64,000 nt of DNA from Raillietiella orientalis (taxonomy: Eukaryota): NCBI GenBank assembly GCA_036172245.1, contig JAYWIR010000011.1, positions 3,472,001 through 3,536,000 of the forward strand, read 5' to 3'. The notes under the pieces are model-generated. The model worked only from the letters and a program-made list of their open reading frames with translations, was not told the origin of the DNA and searched no databases. Shown in pieces: positions 51,427 to 64,000 of the stretch. Position 1 is the stretch's first letter, and the number at the start of each line of letters is the position of its first letter. Position numbers and translations under genes: made by a program.

Positions 51427-52149
51427 TTAAATAGCATGTTATGCCGAAAACGCACACGGAATCCGCGCTATTCTGAAACTTCTTCATCGGCATAATGCAA
51501 ATTACCGTTTATTTTATGCATGCCGACGTCGACATGAATTCTGTCATGAGAAAGCGCGCCGAGATCTCCAAGGACACACACGCTGTCCCATTGCTACGTG
51601 TCTCCCGAGTAACACAGGCGTACGGAATTGGCTCTCAAGAGTTTTTTTCCTCGTTTTTTTTTTTTTTTTTCTTTCCTCTCTCTCCAAAGATGACAAATTT
51701 TAAGGTAGGAGTATCCATCACGTACAAGTTCCTTGGTATAACTCGCTTCCTTGGCGGAGACTTCCCTTCTGGGATATTTTCATTTGCTTCCCTTCGCGGA
51801 GATATTTGCCCGAGCAAGGCAAACAACCGAATCGCTAATGTTAACCACTTATTAGAAAAAGGCTGGGATCAAGTAGATTCGCGAAAGAATTTCGTTTCGT
51901 TTCCCTCGTTCAACTGGGTGTCTTCCTTGGACAGGGATCCTTCGATTAAGAGGGAAAAACGGGAGTGCGGAAAACACAACGCAATCGCTCATAGGTCGCT
52001 GCTCTTGCGAACCCGAATCGTTCCGTGGCGGCTCCAAGTGATCGAGCTGGTGATGTGCTGTTAGGGTGGCTGTGCAATCATTCGGCAGCCTAAGATTTTT
52101 TTTTTTTTTAAAAAAAAAAAAGAAAAACAGATCCTCGCTTGATTGCATC

Positions 52150-52830
52150 ATCGCTTTACAATCGCTTCGAGGTTATCTAGAAAACCTCCCATTTTCTCCT
52201 CCTTATCTCCCTTCGCTCCCGCGCGAATTCTGAGGGACGCTCCTGATATCCCGAGTTGTCTGCCGGCGTGAAGCCTGCCACGAAAATTTGCTCCAGGAGT
52301 AAATGCCCACTGTGATATGGTTCTCCGCAACTATGGCTTCGGTGGCGATCTTATGCAGAAACGCCAGTTTCCCGCAAGACGCGGAAACTCTTGTGACTTT
52401 ATGGGCGTTTGTGAACCTCCCGGATCTGTCATCCCATGACGAACGGTTTCCTCCTTCGAGATTCTTAAAGAGCAGTTTCGCGAGTGCGTTCATCGGAAAA
52501 TGAAATTTCGCATCAGGAGAAATAGGTATTTTCCTTCTTCCTCTTTCTGGTTTCCAGCATCGCTTGCTCCCCTGCCCACTGAGAGCAGGCGGCCGTCCGA
52601 CGGTCTCGCAGCGACTAGAGATCGAGCTTCCGCGTGCCTTACGGACCCCTGGGCAACTTTCGCGCAAATGCTGGAGGTTAGCTGTTTCCTGAACGCAGGG
52701 CAAGGGGAGCGTGGGTGGGGACTTCCGAGCACCTTGGATATTTCCGTAGGTGGGCTGGGCATGCAGGGTACTTTTCGGGAATCATGATGATCTCGCAAAA
52801 TGCTCCCGAAAGCACCAGTGAGTACGGATC
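52150..52830 (-). mobile_element. LINE AP-endonuclease remnant
   Basis: PCVQETAN (CLQET-like) motif; degraded. Confidence 0.3.
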
Positions 52831-52857
52831 TCAAAGATTTGAGCCTTAGAAAGCAGG

Positions 52858-53065
52858 ATAATCACCAACCCCTTGCATACTCATAATTACAATTACATCC
52901 CTCCTCTATTGCTCATATACAAACCCAATAATCATAGCTCTATTTCTTGCAATAACTTCACTAACCATTGCCATTACCATTAACCTCCTTTCTATATCAT
53001 CATGATACGCCATTATCATATTCCTCATCTATGTCGGAGGAATCTTAATCATCTTCTCCTATATG
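52858..53065 (+). pseudogene. nad6: NUMT: mitochondrial NADH dehydrogenase subunit 6, N-terminal half
   Basis: G-poor, A/C/T-rich island. In the invertebrate mitochondrial code 52877-53065 reads MLMITITSLLYCSYTNPMIMALFLAMTSLTIAITINLLSMSSWYAIIMFLIYVGGILIIFSYM, with the ND6 signature W...(L/M)FLIY(L/V)GG..(V/I).F.Y and TGA as Trp. Confidence 0.93.
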
Positions 53066-53379
53066 CCTGCGAAGACTCGTCTGGAGTTTTCGCAGGCAAA
53101 GATTCCACCTCGTTTCTGCGAAACTGACGGACGCGGAATCAAGCTGATTCTGGAAGCTTTCGTAGCATGGAGCTCTGGGAAGCACTCGACAACAAATATC
53201 AATCGACTTCAGGGGAGAAAGCAATTTTACAGGAATAGAACTGCTTTCTGCACGGAGATGCCGGCTGTTCCCTCGGGTAGAAAGGGATGCGATTAGCTGG
53301 TCTGAGGAAGATGCTTTTTAACAATCCTAAAGAGTTATTCGCTCGCTTCTATTTGTGCAACCAATCTGTAGCACCGTTC

Positions 53380-54290
53380 GTTTTCACCCTGTCACCCCGG
53401 GGCGTTTGGTTAAAGAAAAATAAACAAATCTTCTGGGGATGCGGTTCCCGGAACAAGATCGAAAAGCAGTTCATGCAGAAGGCTAGCCGCCACGGAGGTC
53501 GGATGCTGAAGTTCAGAGATAGACGGAGGGGATCAATAAGCAGATAAAGAAAAAATGGAATGAGGACAAGAGTCTTTGGCAGTAGCCACTCCTTACACAG
53601 AACCAGCTCAGAATACCAGCAGTCTCCCTGGAGACTTCTTTCAGGTGCGTGTCCTCCCTTCGCTGCGTCCGAGACTCCGACAAATGGCAGGCTGCCACGA
53701 TGGCACGGAAGCAACCGTCCATCGGTGGAATCACGACGCCTACCGAGAGTGCGACACGCGCGGAGGATCTCCGCAGCAGGTCCTCGTCAGTGTCCTCCGG
53801 AAGCGAGAATGCTGAAGACAGCCTCCACCACAGTTGCTGGAGGACACCAACAGGTGCAGGAAAGTCCTTACGCACCTTTCGCAGTTTGAGGATGCAGCTC
53901 CTCCGAAAAACGGGTGCCGACGCTGGTTCCCCTGGAGACCCCAGTGCAGGAAGAGCAACACTTCGTGCTTCCAGTCCAAGAGAAACATCGGGAGCGTCCA
54001 GGCACAAAGGAGGGACTACTAGTTCTTCGGGATGCACACTTAGTAGCCCCTGCCACCGAAAAAGTCAGTTCTCCCGGGAAAGAGGTGTGGCGGCACATTT
54101 TCCAACCGTCCAGGAGTTTTGTAACTCTTGAAATGGTGTAAAGGAACTTCCGCCTCGTCGCTGCTTGCCCCAAGGGCAGACAGCTCCGCAGCAGGGTGTG
54201 TGTGGCCACTATCCGGGACCATTTTGTCTAGTCTTGCAGGACATCTGCGAGAGGGTGGTGGAGGAGAGTCTACGGCCAGACAAAAAAAAA
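53380..54290 (-). mobile_element. L1/Tx1-like zf-RVT 3' fragment with UTR
   Basis: DWKHEVLLFLHWGLQGNQRRH...ASSNCERC; EDLLRR; RETAGIL C-terminus; terminus AAACGCCCCGGGTGACAGGGTGAAAA. Confidence 0.75.
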
Positions 54291-54399
54291 AAAAATTTAG
54301 AATAAAACACACTGTTTTGTTTCCACGCCAGTTTCTCTGGGTGTAGGGGTGGCAAGCCGGTTCTAGACCGTCTTCCGCCACCAGGTATTCCGGTTCGAG

Positions 54400-56040
54400 G
54401 GGTCACAGGAGATCCACGTGTGGGCTTCCCCCAAATGAGGCCAGTGGTTTTAAAGGGAAGTCTAATCCTTCATCATCCTGTGCCAACGCACGGCAGCAGC
54501 GATGAGCGTGATTCGCTACCGGGGCTGCACCGAAGGATGAGTTCAAGAAAGCACCACTGAGAAGTCCGGAAGCCCAAGCGCGCATCCGGGTGCCACAAAG
54601 TCTTTGGTCCCCCAGTGCCATTCCCAAGCGCGGTGCCATACAATCAAGTTTCTGCGGATTAGGGACGTTGACATTCCCCACGGGATTTCCTTTAGGAGAC
54701 GCCGCTCCCGGACCTTCGCCGAATGGCTGGGTAGGCGAAGCACATTAGTGGCTTCTACTGAGTGAATCCTCCCCCATTCCTTGCTTTCATCATTGCTGTC
54801 ATTCTGTAGCTCTTGCTGCGCCAGAGTTCCACAACCGTATTCCTGGACCAGAGCAACTAGAAACGGGAAGATCCCATCCTACTGATGTAGTCCATGGAGA
54901 CGACTTTTGCGTCCGCATTCAGTTTCGTGCCGTGACTTTTAAAGGCCGGAGCTGTATTAAAGGGAAGCCGAGCTCTCAAAAGCGCTATGCTGTCAGTAGT
55001 TCAGCATCATCTTCTCCCACCCACGTGGTCGTTTTCAGATGCTTTACCTCCTACTGCACCTTCTCGGACGTGCGCTGATGGTCGAAGCTGCTCCGAGGAG
55101 CGTTCCTCTGCCTTTCCTCACAACAGTGCTCCTGGAGGATGCATTCGACGCATTGGTCGAGCAACTTTACAGATTTCGTCGAAATCGCAAGCCCTCGCTG
55201 CTTCTGCGATTGCCGCAGGATCGAGTGCGTGTTCTGCCGCAGCATCCGTTGCTCTTCGGGTCTCTGTAAAAGTCAACTTCTCATTCCTAAGCTAGAGGCA
55301 GTTTGCTGTGATGAAGCGTTTGCTCAAGACCTGCTTCTCGCCCGGATTCTCGATGTAATGAAACCGCGACCGCTGGGTCCCTTAGTTCCCTTTATCTGGG
55401 ATAGGATTCGGGTTTTCTTGCGAATTAAATGAGATTCGCTCCTTCTTTCCTTGCCCACAGAGTGCAGCCCGTATCCAGAGGATTGGATCTTCACTTTGCC
55501 GTACTTTACCTGCCCTACCAAAAGGGCTCTGCCGATCCCTTTCCTCCAGTTCGATGCTCTATGACCGCGGTTTCTGCTGGCTGGTGTGTCCAGAAGGACG
55601 TGCAGGGCCTCCCGTGACCTGGATCCTTTGACAGCCTCATCTCCTGAGAGAAAACTCCAGAGCTGTCCCGCAGGATCTCACGCTTTCGGCACTCACGCCA
55701 GGGATTTCAGCCTGTGCGGGCAACTTCTCTCTCCATTTCTTCCAGGGAGGACCCGCATTCTACGAAATGGCTGAATTTCCACGTGGGAAGGAATTGACTT
55801 TTCCCGCAAATGCTGGAGGTGACTCCTCAGTTCTGTGGTCTAGCTTGAGTTCAATGTGATTTGTTGATGCCCTCTTGCTGCTCGAGGTCACCCCACCCTC
55901 TATCCCATCGCGCTTGTACTCTAGCTGACCTACGATGGTCTGTTCTCATTATTGGGATCGCATGAGCGGTTGGGGTCCTTCGTCTCGGTGTAGCATTCCT
56001 TGCTGATCACATGCTCCATTGTGTGATCCGCACAGCGTAC
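54400..56040 (-). mobile_element. L1-like ORF2 5' remnant (APE, linker, RT domain 0)
   Basis: ITQWSM..RN...IVGQLE (APE start-like) and KSRGE/GNVNVP around the KSPG position; degraded. Confidence 0.4.
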
Positions 56041-56048
56041 CACCTTAA

Positions 56049-56521
56049 CCCTTTGAGTGCTATAGGCGCATAGATGTGCCCGACGAAAACTCAGCGTACG
56101 CATAGATGGGTTCTGCGAAAATTTATCGACTGGACTAAGGACTCTTATATGCGCCTGGAAAATGCCTTTACCTTATACGCGCGACTCATTATACTCGCAT
56201 CTCAAACACTGATGGCGTTATATTATCCATGTTTGAGATAGGCGCCTGAACACACATTCTTATTATTCCTTTGGCAACGACAGAAAAAAAAATTCTACTT
56301 ACATCTGCTAATTGGTTTCGATTTTCCTCGGTGTCGTGTAGAATCGATTATACTGTTTTTCATCTTTGTGATATCTTAAAAATGTGAATGAATTATTGAT
56401 TTATTCGAATTATATGATTTTTAAATAAATACTATGTGTTTGGGAAGAATGAAGATATTTTCTTTACTCGCGTGCCGTCAATGCAGAACCTTTCAATCTG
56501 ATGAGCTCCGCACCCAAAGGG
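56049..56521. mobile_element. piggyBac-type non-autonomous element (MITE), 473 bp
   Basis: TTAA at 56045-48 and 56522-25; 12-bp TIRs CCCTTTGAGTGC / GCACCCAAAGGG (11/12 match); AT-rich non-coding interior with repeated AGGCGCA-like motifs. Confidence 0.85.
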
Positions 56522-58019
56522 TTAAAACTCCTCCTCCTTGGGCATTTGCATTTGCACATCTTTCGAGCACTAGTGATGCGGCCGACCAATAGAGAAACGT
56601 CCATCATTCCATGATGATACGTTTTGTTTCACTTCAGTTGTTCGTCTTCGGCTGTGCCATAGCTTCCAGTCTGCATGTTGAACTCGTCGTCCTAGGTCTG
56701 GTGTGGCCAAACGTGGACCACAAGAGGTCGGTGGTGCCCCTCCAAAAAAAGCGTTGCAGGTTTTTCACTCCAATGTCCTTCGTGTCACCAATCTTCATTA
56801 AGCCTTCCGGACTTTAGAAAATTTCTGGAACTGCTGCTTTTGGTGATCTGGTCGCTTTTTTTTTTGGAACAGTACAAGCTCCCGCAGAAGCAAATTACTC
56901 CTGTTTGTCTTATGGAGTGATACAAACAACAGGAAAGAGCAGGGGATTTTTAAGTGTTTGTGTTAAAATGGTCTTCAGAGATGTCTTCTTCCATGTCCAC
57001 TGAATTATATTTCAGCCAAGTGGATCTGTAGTCTCGGCGACCGCACCTTGAGCATGCTGGAAGAAGATCTCAGGTTTTCTAGTCCCAAATACCGCGGAAT
57101 TGGCAAGCTGGTATTTGTAATCTGCAAACCCAATGGTGTCTGCAGCTTGACTGAAGAAGAAATGGGTAACACTTGAGGTACAATCCACGGGAAGAGATGT
57201 TTCTGGCTTGATCTGGACAGATGGCAGCATGCGTAACATGAGTTGCACAGTGAAGGCCGAGATGAGAGGGAGGCAAGGATTTGCGTGAGTGGAAGCTAAT
57301 CTGTGTAGTGTCAGGCTCCTGAAAATGGCTGAAACTTTTGTCCTCAATAATTTTCCTGAACGAATCGGCGAAATTTCAAAGCCCTATGAATAAGAGCTGA
57401 CGCACACCCGTACACCCACACTCTCACTGAAGCTCAGTGCCCATTTTCCGGCTTTAAAAGTACCCATTAGTTTGCAAGAACCGTGTCTCTGTAGGGCAGG
57501 CACTCCCTCAGAAAGCTATTTGCAGCCACTGCTCCTCAGCACAGAGCACGGGACTGGGCTTCTTCCCTTGAAAGCAGGTCGCACCTCTTTCGCCGCGAAG
57601 CGCCTGCGTGAACGAACGAAGAAAAATTTTGCGAGCGGAGATGCTGAGAGATACAGGATGCAGTTTCATGGATTCCAGCGTCCTGTTGCATTTTTAATGA
57701 GACCCATTCCCCAGACCAATGTAGGCCTTTGTAAAAAAACACACACATCTGTGAGCGACCTCCACAAACAGTTATAAATAAAACAACTCTCACGTCCTAA
57801 AAGTTGACGGGAGTTTACAAAGCCGATCCTCTTTCAAGCTTCAAGACAAAGCCCAGAAGCTTCAGGACAAACATCCTCACTGAGCAGAGCGCAGGCTCTC
57901 GATTTGAATTTTTAATTTGGGAGTCATCATCTCCTCACATCTTCCGTCTAAGGATGAGGATCAAAACTTTCAGAGAGAGAAAAAGTTGCGCAAATGAGCA
58001 CACCCTGTTCCATGGCTCG

Positions 58020-58700
58020 AAAAGAAAAAAAAAACAAAAAAGATTCTCAGAGTGGATGAGATAACGAAAAACAGGGAACGTCAAAGGTACACGACAAATT
58101 TCAAGGGGGAAAGAGTGGGAGGGGAATGCACGAGCTGTTTGAACGTGAGATGCCACGTTGTACGCATGAGAGACACCGCACGACGGATTGCAAGATTATT
58201 GAAATCGCTTGAACACCCGGAATCCAGCTGCCTCCATCGGGAATGAATGATTCCGCACCCCTGAAGCTTCAATCAGACGCTCGAGCGCCAGAAACATGTG
58301 TGGCTGCTTTTGAAGGAATTCCCAGCATCAGTCCCTGCATGCCCTCTACTCTTCTCTTCGTGTTTTGTCAAGTGTTCCAGTCATTTAGTGGAGACTTTTT
58401 CTGGATGGAAGGAAGCGAGCCTTTGCGAACGTCGGATAGAGACACGGCAGAAAACTTCCAGACTCCTCCGCGGACACGTCTCTTGAGCAACCTGCTCTTG
58501 CTTACAACCACCTTCCCAGTTCAGGACACATGCGTTGAGTTAGCCTGGCGTGTGCTGCTCTAAATCTTCAATTCAAAATTGTCTTCCCTGAAGCCGGGCT
58601 TAAGATTCATCCCTCAGCATCACATCTGAGCTGCGTCGGAGTGGTCTCCCTTGAGGTCCAGATTATTAAACATCTGAACGATGAATCCGGGAAACCTGCA
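58020..58700 (-). mobile_element. L1/Tx1-like 3' fragment
   Basis: QGLMLGIPSKAATH (degenerate LHWG.P..R.H) followed by C-terminus and T-rich UTR. Confidence 0.4.
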
Positions 58701-59859
58701 ATCGCGATGAACTCAGATGCTGGATTCATGCGTTGAACAAAGCGTTTTCGTTCTGTCTAGCTCAAGATAGGTTTTAGTTATTCTCATCCTATCTGCATCC
58801 ACTTCCACCTCGTTTTCTTCAGAGCCATACTCGGATGTTAGGCGCTATCCCAGATGCCGGTTTCTCACAAAACAATCCCATCCTGAAATTGCATTTTCTG
58901 GTAATTATCCTCTTTCGAAATGCCGAAAAGCGAGCTGCTTTCACATCCGACCACCCAAAGATGCCCCTGCGTTCTGTTTATTTCCCGGTTTCCACGGAGC
59001 CATGCTCTATCTTTCGCGTATTCACGTTCCCAATGTGCATGCCCTTGAAAATCCACACAGCTTTCATCCATGTTCAATTTTTTATTCAAAGGTAGGGATT
59101 CCTTCTGTGAAGCAAGAGCGTCATGTGAGGTGTCTCAATAATGCAAAATGCCAATGATTAATGCAAACCATGCAGTCTCAAGTGAACTACTGCTGATATC
59201 GCAGTTTCCTGCTGAAGTCATCGCAAAAGATCCGTTTTCAGCTGCATAAAGAATGCCTAGTCTGTGCAAGAATTGCAAGAGCACACATTCCATGCATGCT
59301 GTAACAACACTGCAAACATCCGTACTCGACTTCAGTCATCCTACTTTAAGGTCCCTAAGATATCCTTCTCCATGATCTCCAAGCTTCCAGGAAAGAAGTT
59401 GACTTGCTCGAACACCATCAGATTAATAGGAGACTTCTATCTACTGGCTAAATAAAATAATGTAGCATTTCGATTGCTTTCTGCCTCAGATGCCTTGGGA
59501 AGAAGAAACGCGTTGCAGAGTTCTTTCCACTGGCTTCACCAGCGTCAGCTTAACGGCTGCTCGTGCTCAGCAATATCGGAAATGACCGCACGAGTAGCCG
59601 CAGCGTCTAGGAAGCACTTGATGCAAACCGGACAGAAAGCATCATGCAGCACATGTGTTGGTGGGAGTGCATGAAAACAAAACGGAACAGACACAGAGGA
59701 AGGACCTGATCCAGATACAAAAGGAAGGATCAGTCTGTGAGCATCTTTAGCCACCCCCCTGGGAGGCCAATCAGCAGGGTAAGAATGTGAAACCTCACTG
59801 AAAGACAAAGAAAGATACGATGTTCTCTTATCCAGAACAGCGGCCTGGAATCAAAAAAA

Positions 59860-61540
59860 ATTCGCCAGTAACGGAAACCAGGGGTGCGCTGACAATCTCA
59901 GATCACACAAACACCCACACACACACTGAAGGAAAAAGAAACAAAAATATATGTTTGGAATGCTCGATTAATGTATATTGTAGGTCGAAACGAAAGTTCT
60001 AGGAGCCGTCCAGAGATGGACACGAGAGAAAACCTCCCTCTTCACCCACCACCACCGTCACACAATCAACACGGAAGTATACAGAAGGAAAGTGCAAGAG
60101 GAAGTCTTGAGTAAGCAGAAGATGCGGGTGAAGGAAAGCTTTCTTATCACCACTGCTCAGATGTCATTCTTCCTCACTGAAAACCGTTAAGAAAGTAGAA
60201 GACCGTGAGAATCTGCTGCGAGACCTCCTTTCTCGGCTCCTGCGTCTGGAGCACGTGGTGGGTAGTGACGATGGAATGAATGCAACATGTCCTCACCATC
60301 GCTGAAGCGGTCAAGAGTCCGTCGGAAACGAAGAGCCGCCGCAGAGGGTCACGGGTGGTGTCTTCATATCGCTGGAACGCCAAGTCAGACTTTGCAACAG
60401 TTCGTGGAGGGCTCCACAGTCAAAAAACAGGTGCGGGGTTGGCTCCGCCGACCCTCACATAGCACAGTTCGGGAATGCAGCTTCCCCAAAGACGAGGTTC
60501 AGGTGCTGAATGCACTGAAACCTCCAGTGTAGGAATAGCAGTACAGTCTTCTCCAGCTTGAGGGTAACATGGAATTGTTCAAACATTGGGGAAGGACCAC
60601 GAGTCCATCAAGGCGTGCACTCTACAGTTCGGACCACCGACGCAGTCCCTTTGCCATTGACCGAGGAGTAGCAGTGTCCACCAGCTCGCTCGTTGTCCAG
60701 CCGCCCAAGGATTTGGTCGCTCATGCAATAATTCAAGAGAGCTCCTACCTCGCAGGTGGACAAGTGCCATCGCTTGCCTTCAGGGCTGACAGCACTGGGG
60801 AAGCTGTGTGGCGGCAAGGTTCGACGACTTCAGCGAATTCTGCATCAATGCTTTCAACAGATGGCTGAGGAAGTGAGGCAAGGGACGAACTTCCTCCGGG
60901 CGTATTCCCTAGTGTGCAGCCCAGGAACGCGACCGCTTCCTTCCTCCAGGCATTGAGGTCCATTGGGCGGCAGGAGATCCACGGATGCACTTCCAGAAGG
61001 GAAGTGAGCTGTCTCAAGGAGAAGCCAAATCCCTCATTCTGTAACGGAAGCGCGGAAGCAACGAAAGCAGTTCTTCGCTGCTGGTGTTACTCCAAAAAAT
61101 GAACCCTGCCTATGCACAAAACGGGGATGTCCACAGCTTGGCGCGAAGTGCCAGCATTCCGAGCTGCACTTGCAGCCCGATTCTCTCCAGGAACAGCCAG
61201 GTCTTTGAGGCGGATCTTTAGGATCTCACAGGTACCCAAAGGACGTTCCTCAACAGGTGTTGAGCCCGAAGCTTGGCCGAGTAGGGGGGCGGACAGACAG
61301 GAAACAGGAGGCGGAGGAGACGGAGTCTTCCAAATGGCTGCCCGTTCTGGCAAGATGAAATTACCATCGAGGAACAGGCCAACAGCCACCCCATCCATTT
61401 GAAGGAGTCCTCCATCGGTTGGGGAGGTGGGTGGTTTCAGCTATCCTGAGTCCTGAGGATTCTCCAGCCGAACTTCCTCATCGGATCTTTCGCGAGAGTC
61501 TCTCGCCTGCCCCAGTGGCTGCGACACGATGTTGCTTCCG
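59860..61540 (-). mobile_element. L1/Tx1-like ORF2 remnant (RT 6-7, thumb, zf-RVT, UTR)
   Basis: ESSGLRI, DSFKWMG (KYLG-like), KIRLKDLAVP (cf. RVRLKDLFAP), DPLRRLFV near the C-terminus. Confidence 0.65.
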
Positions 61541-61544
61541 CGAT

Positions 61545-62064
61545 GGCACAGGGGAAGGGGAGACAAACAAAAGATCAAAGAATGGGATGGTTCGAGAAGG
61601 AATCACTGTGTTTTGGAGGGCGTCCTCTGCATCCTTGTAAGGATACTGGCAAGTTCCTGTTTTATGGCTCCCAGATGGGACCATCTTGACGCTGTCCTCA
61701 TGAAGGGTACAGAAAAACAGATGACGTCCCTGTCATCTTGATCTCCACTGGCGTTGCTCTGTGCAGCCAAGTCCCGCCAAGTGGATGGGAAAGTGCTGCT
61801 AGGGATGCGTAAGGACGCCGCGCAGAATGAGGCGCTTTAAAACATCTCTGACGTTGCCACCTGGGTTCCAAGGGCCGCAGCAAAGCGTCCCCAAAGGGAA
61901 TGGAGGACTATGCAGTCCACTAGGAGGCGCGGGAGGGATTCCCACTCCCCGCACCTTGCATAGTTTGGTTGGGACCACACACACCCATGTCCAATGATGC
62001 CGGCGAGCGTTGCATGGGAGGCCCCAGTGCAGCAGCATCAACGCCGACTCCAACCACTTTAAGG
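61545..62064 (-). mobile_element. L1/Tx1-like zf-RVT 3' fragment
   Basis: LPLKWLESALMLLHWGLPCNARRHHWT...GNVRDVLKRL; GAACTTGCCAGTATCCTTACAAGGATGCAGAGG C-terminus. Confidence 0.8.
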
Positions 62065-62590
62065 GGAGGGTGCGGATGCGGCAGTGATGGAAACCGGATG
62101 TCCTCGTTGACTGAACAGGATTGGACATTGACCATCTGAGGTCCTTCCAGGAATCAAGAAGTCGGCTCCCTTCTCGATTCCCCTCCCGTTGTGACAATGG
62201 AGCCGGTCCTCCTTGCTTCGAGGAGCGACTTAGGGGTTGTACTCAGAGGAAGAAACCAGGGGCCATTCCCTTGCGAGTTCCCTCCTGGGAAGAGATGAGG
62301 AGTGGCTCCCTCTGAGAGAACTCTCCGGAGAGATTAAGGAAGAGGTTCCCTCCCAAGAGTAAGAGGAATGGACTCCTTCCTCCGGAGTCTTCCTGAATTC
62401 ACAGGGTGGTCTCTTACTTCCAGGGTTACCTACCCGCTTCAACTCGAAGAGTGTCAAGCATCCTCGGGTGGCGCGGAACAATGCCAAAGAGCTTCGTGAG
62501 TCTCTAGGCGAACGGTTCTTGAGTACTCGGCGAACCAAAAAAAAGAAAACCTGAAAAGCAGAAAAAGAAAAAAAGGCTGAAAGTAAAATA
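62065..62590 (-). repeat. Dispersed repeat family X, copy 5
   Basis: TTCCAGGAATCAAGAAGTCGG, TACTCAGAGGAAGAAACCAGG and AGAGCTTCGTGAGTCTCTAGGCGAACGGTTCTTGAGTACT. Confidence 0.75.
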
Positions 62591-62619
62591 CCTCCCTCCT
62601 GACGTCGGAGCAGTCGCGA

Positions 62620-63200
62620 TTGGGGTCATGGGTAGCCGTGATGCACAGTTATGTGTTTACGTAGCATGTGCGGGGAGTCCCGATGACGAAACAGACCTGA
62701 TCAAGATGGAACGGCAAAATGAATCAGCGAATAGGTTCAAGACAGGTGGGGTTGGTTGCCCTACTGCAGAAATCATTCCGAATTCCGGCGTCCAAGCGAC
62801 GTTGAAGTGAGTTCAGCTCAGCGTGATGCGTGCTTGCCATGGCAACTGCTCAATGCGTCCCTGGAGTTACCTCAGGGGTTTCCTAGGGTCGCGGCAAAGA
62901 GTTCCCAGAAGGCGACACAATCCACAAGCACGTGCGGGAAGGATTCGCGCTCACCATACCTCACACAGTTTGAGTACACACACTTCCGGGTCCAGTGATG
63001 CCTGCGGGCTTTGCACGGGAGACCCCAGTGCGGCAGTATCAATGCAAACTCCTGCCACTCTAAAGGGAGGGTTTGGATGTCTAAGTGTACTGGGGATCAC
63101 TGTAAATGTTCCACCGGACTATCCAACAGCTCGCCCCAGTGCAGAACCTTGTTTAAGAGGATGATCGCCTTTGCTGCGGACATCAATGCATCTCATCACC
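62620..63200 (-). mobile_element. L1/Tx1-like zf-RVT 3' fragment
   Basis: LPLEWQEFALILPHWGLPCKARRHHWTRKCVYSNCVRYGERESFPHVLVDC. Confidence 0.8.
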
Positions 63201-64000
63201 AGAGGATCGCTTAAATGGAAAAAAAAAAATTCGAGTCAAAAAATCGCGCACGGTAGTGTACACACAAAAACACATAATTCCTATGGAAGAAATCGTCTAT
63301 AGATAGGTGCAGACGTAGTAGCCGACGATTGGGTACGAATTTACGTCGCTGCGACGAACATCTTTCAGGTACCTCGTTAACTTACGGACCGACAACAAGC
63401 AGCCACCGTATTTCTCGGTTCTTCAGCTCGGAAAGATCCCCCACCTGGAAGGACAAGACATACTTTCATCGTAATGTGCTGGCTGTTACGATTGTCGTCG
63501 ATACTTCGATTACCTCCTTGAGGGATCTGCAAGAGATTCCCGAAAAACATTGCAACGACCCGAACTTGAAGGCGCTTCGGCTACTGCTGATTGGCAAGGA
63601 TGGAACAAGAAAAGAAAAGCGGGCAAGATGGAGCGTGCATCCCCACAAGGGGTTCCGAGCGAACGTTCACTCACGAAGCGCGTCTGCCTGCAGCCCCGCT
63701 GCAGCGAAAAGACTGACCGACCCTCTTCCAAATGCATCCTCAAACTTTCAAGGGCATTCTCCCCAGCTGAGGAGTGCAGCGCCAGTTCCCGGTAGGACAA
63801 GGATGCTATTTGAGTCGGATTCCGAAACCTCGGCTAAGGCACAGTTGAAAAGTTGTGATGCGAGAGTCGTGGACCGCAGTTCTTGCAGGTCGGAACTCCT
63901 CGTGGAGGATATGTGAAACACTCTGAAATGCGAAACGGAGCAGCATGGCTCTAGGACGAATGTCATCGAGGAACTTGCTTGAGGCGCATCCCTTTGTCCG

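Noticed and set aside
54346..54404. tRNA/SINE-like A and B boxes
   Set aside because: Boxes are imperfect and no cloverleaf can be drawn.
63329..63916. 195-aa ORF
   Set aside because: No recognisable domain or splice structure; cannot be supported.

Overview
Gene-poor eukaryotic nuclear DNA from an invertebrate (the mitochondrial fragment below reads in the invertebrate mitochondrial code, and the U2 fragment aligns best to the arthropod-type sequence). I found no credible host protein-coding gene; the listed ORFs are frameshifted transposon remnants or antisense shadows. The window is a dense pile of decayed non-LTR retrotransposons: about 20 L1/Tx1-like ORF2 fragments (mostly 3' ends with the zf-RVT motif LHWGLP..RR.HWT...C.RC...E...HLL.DC), plus RTE-, CR1/L2- and R2-superfamily (Utopia/NeSL-like REL endonuclease) pieces, hAT- and pogo-like remnants and TTAA-flanked piggyBac-type MITEs. 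Most notable: a U2 snRNA 5' fragment fused to an L1/Tx1-like 3' end at the known Keno/Utopia insertion position; two REL fragments beside the same motif of an unclassified 5-copy repeat (family X), one flanked by a ~37-bp duplication; a 647-bp near-identical tract between two otherwise ~91% identical inverted L1 copies 26 kb apart; an nad6 NUMT; a conserved AATAAA+hairpin 3' terminus; and a 140-nt fold-back hairpin. All calls are by-eye motif recognition and the boundaries of decayed elements are approximate.
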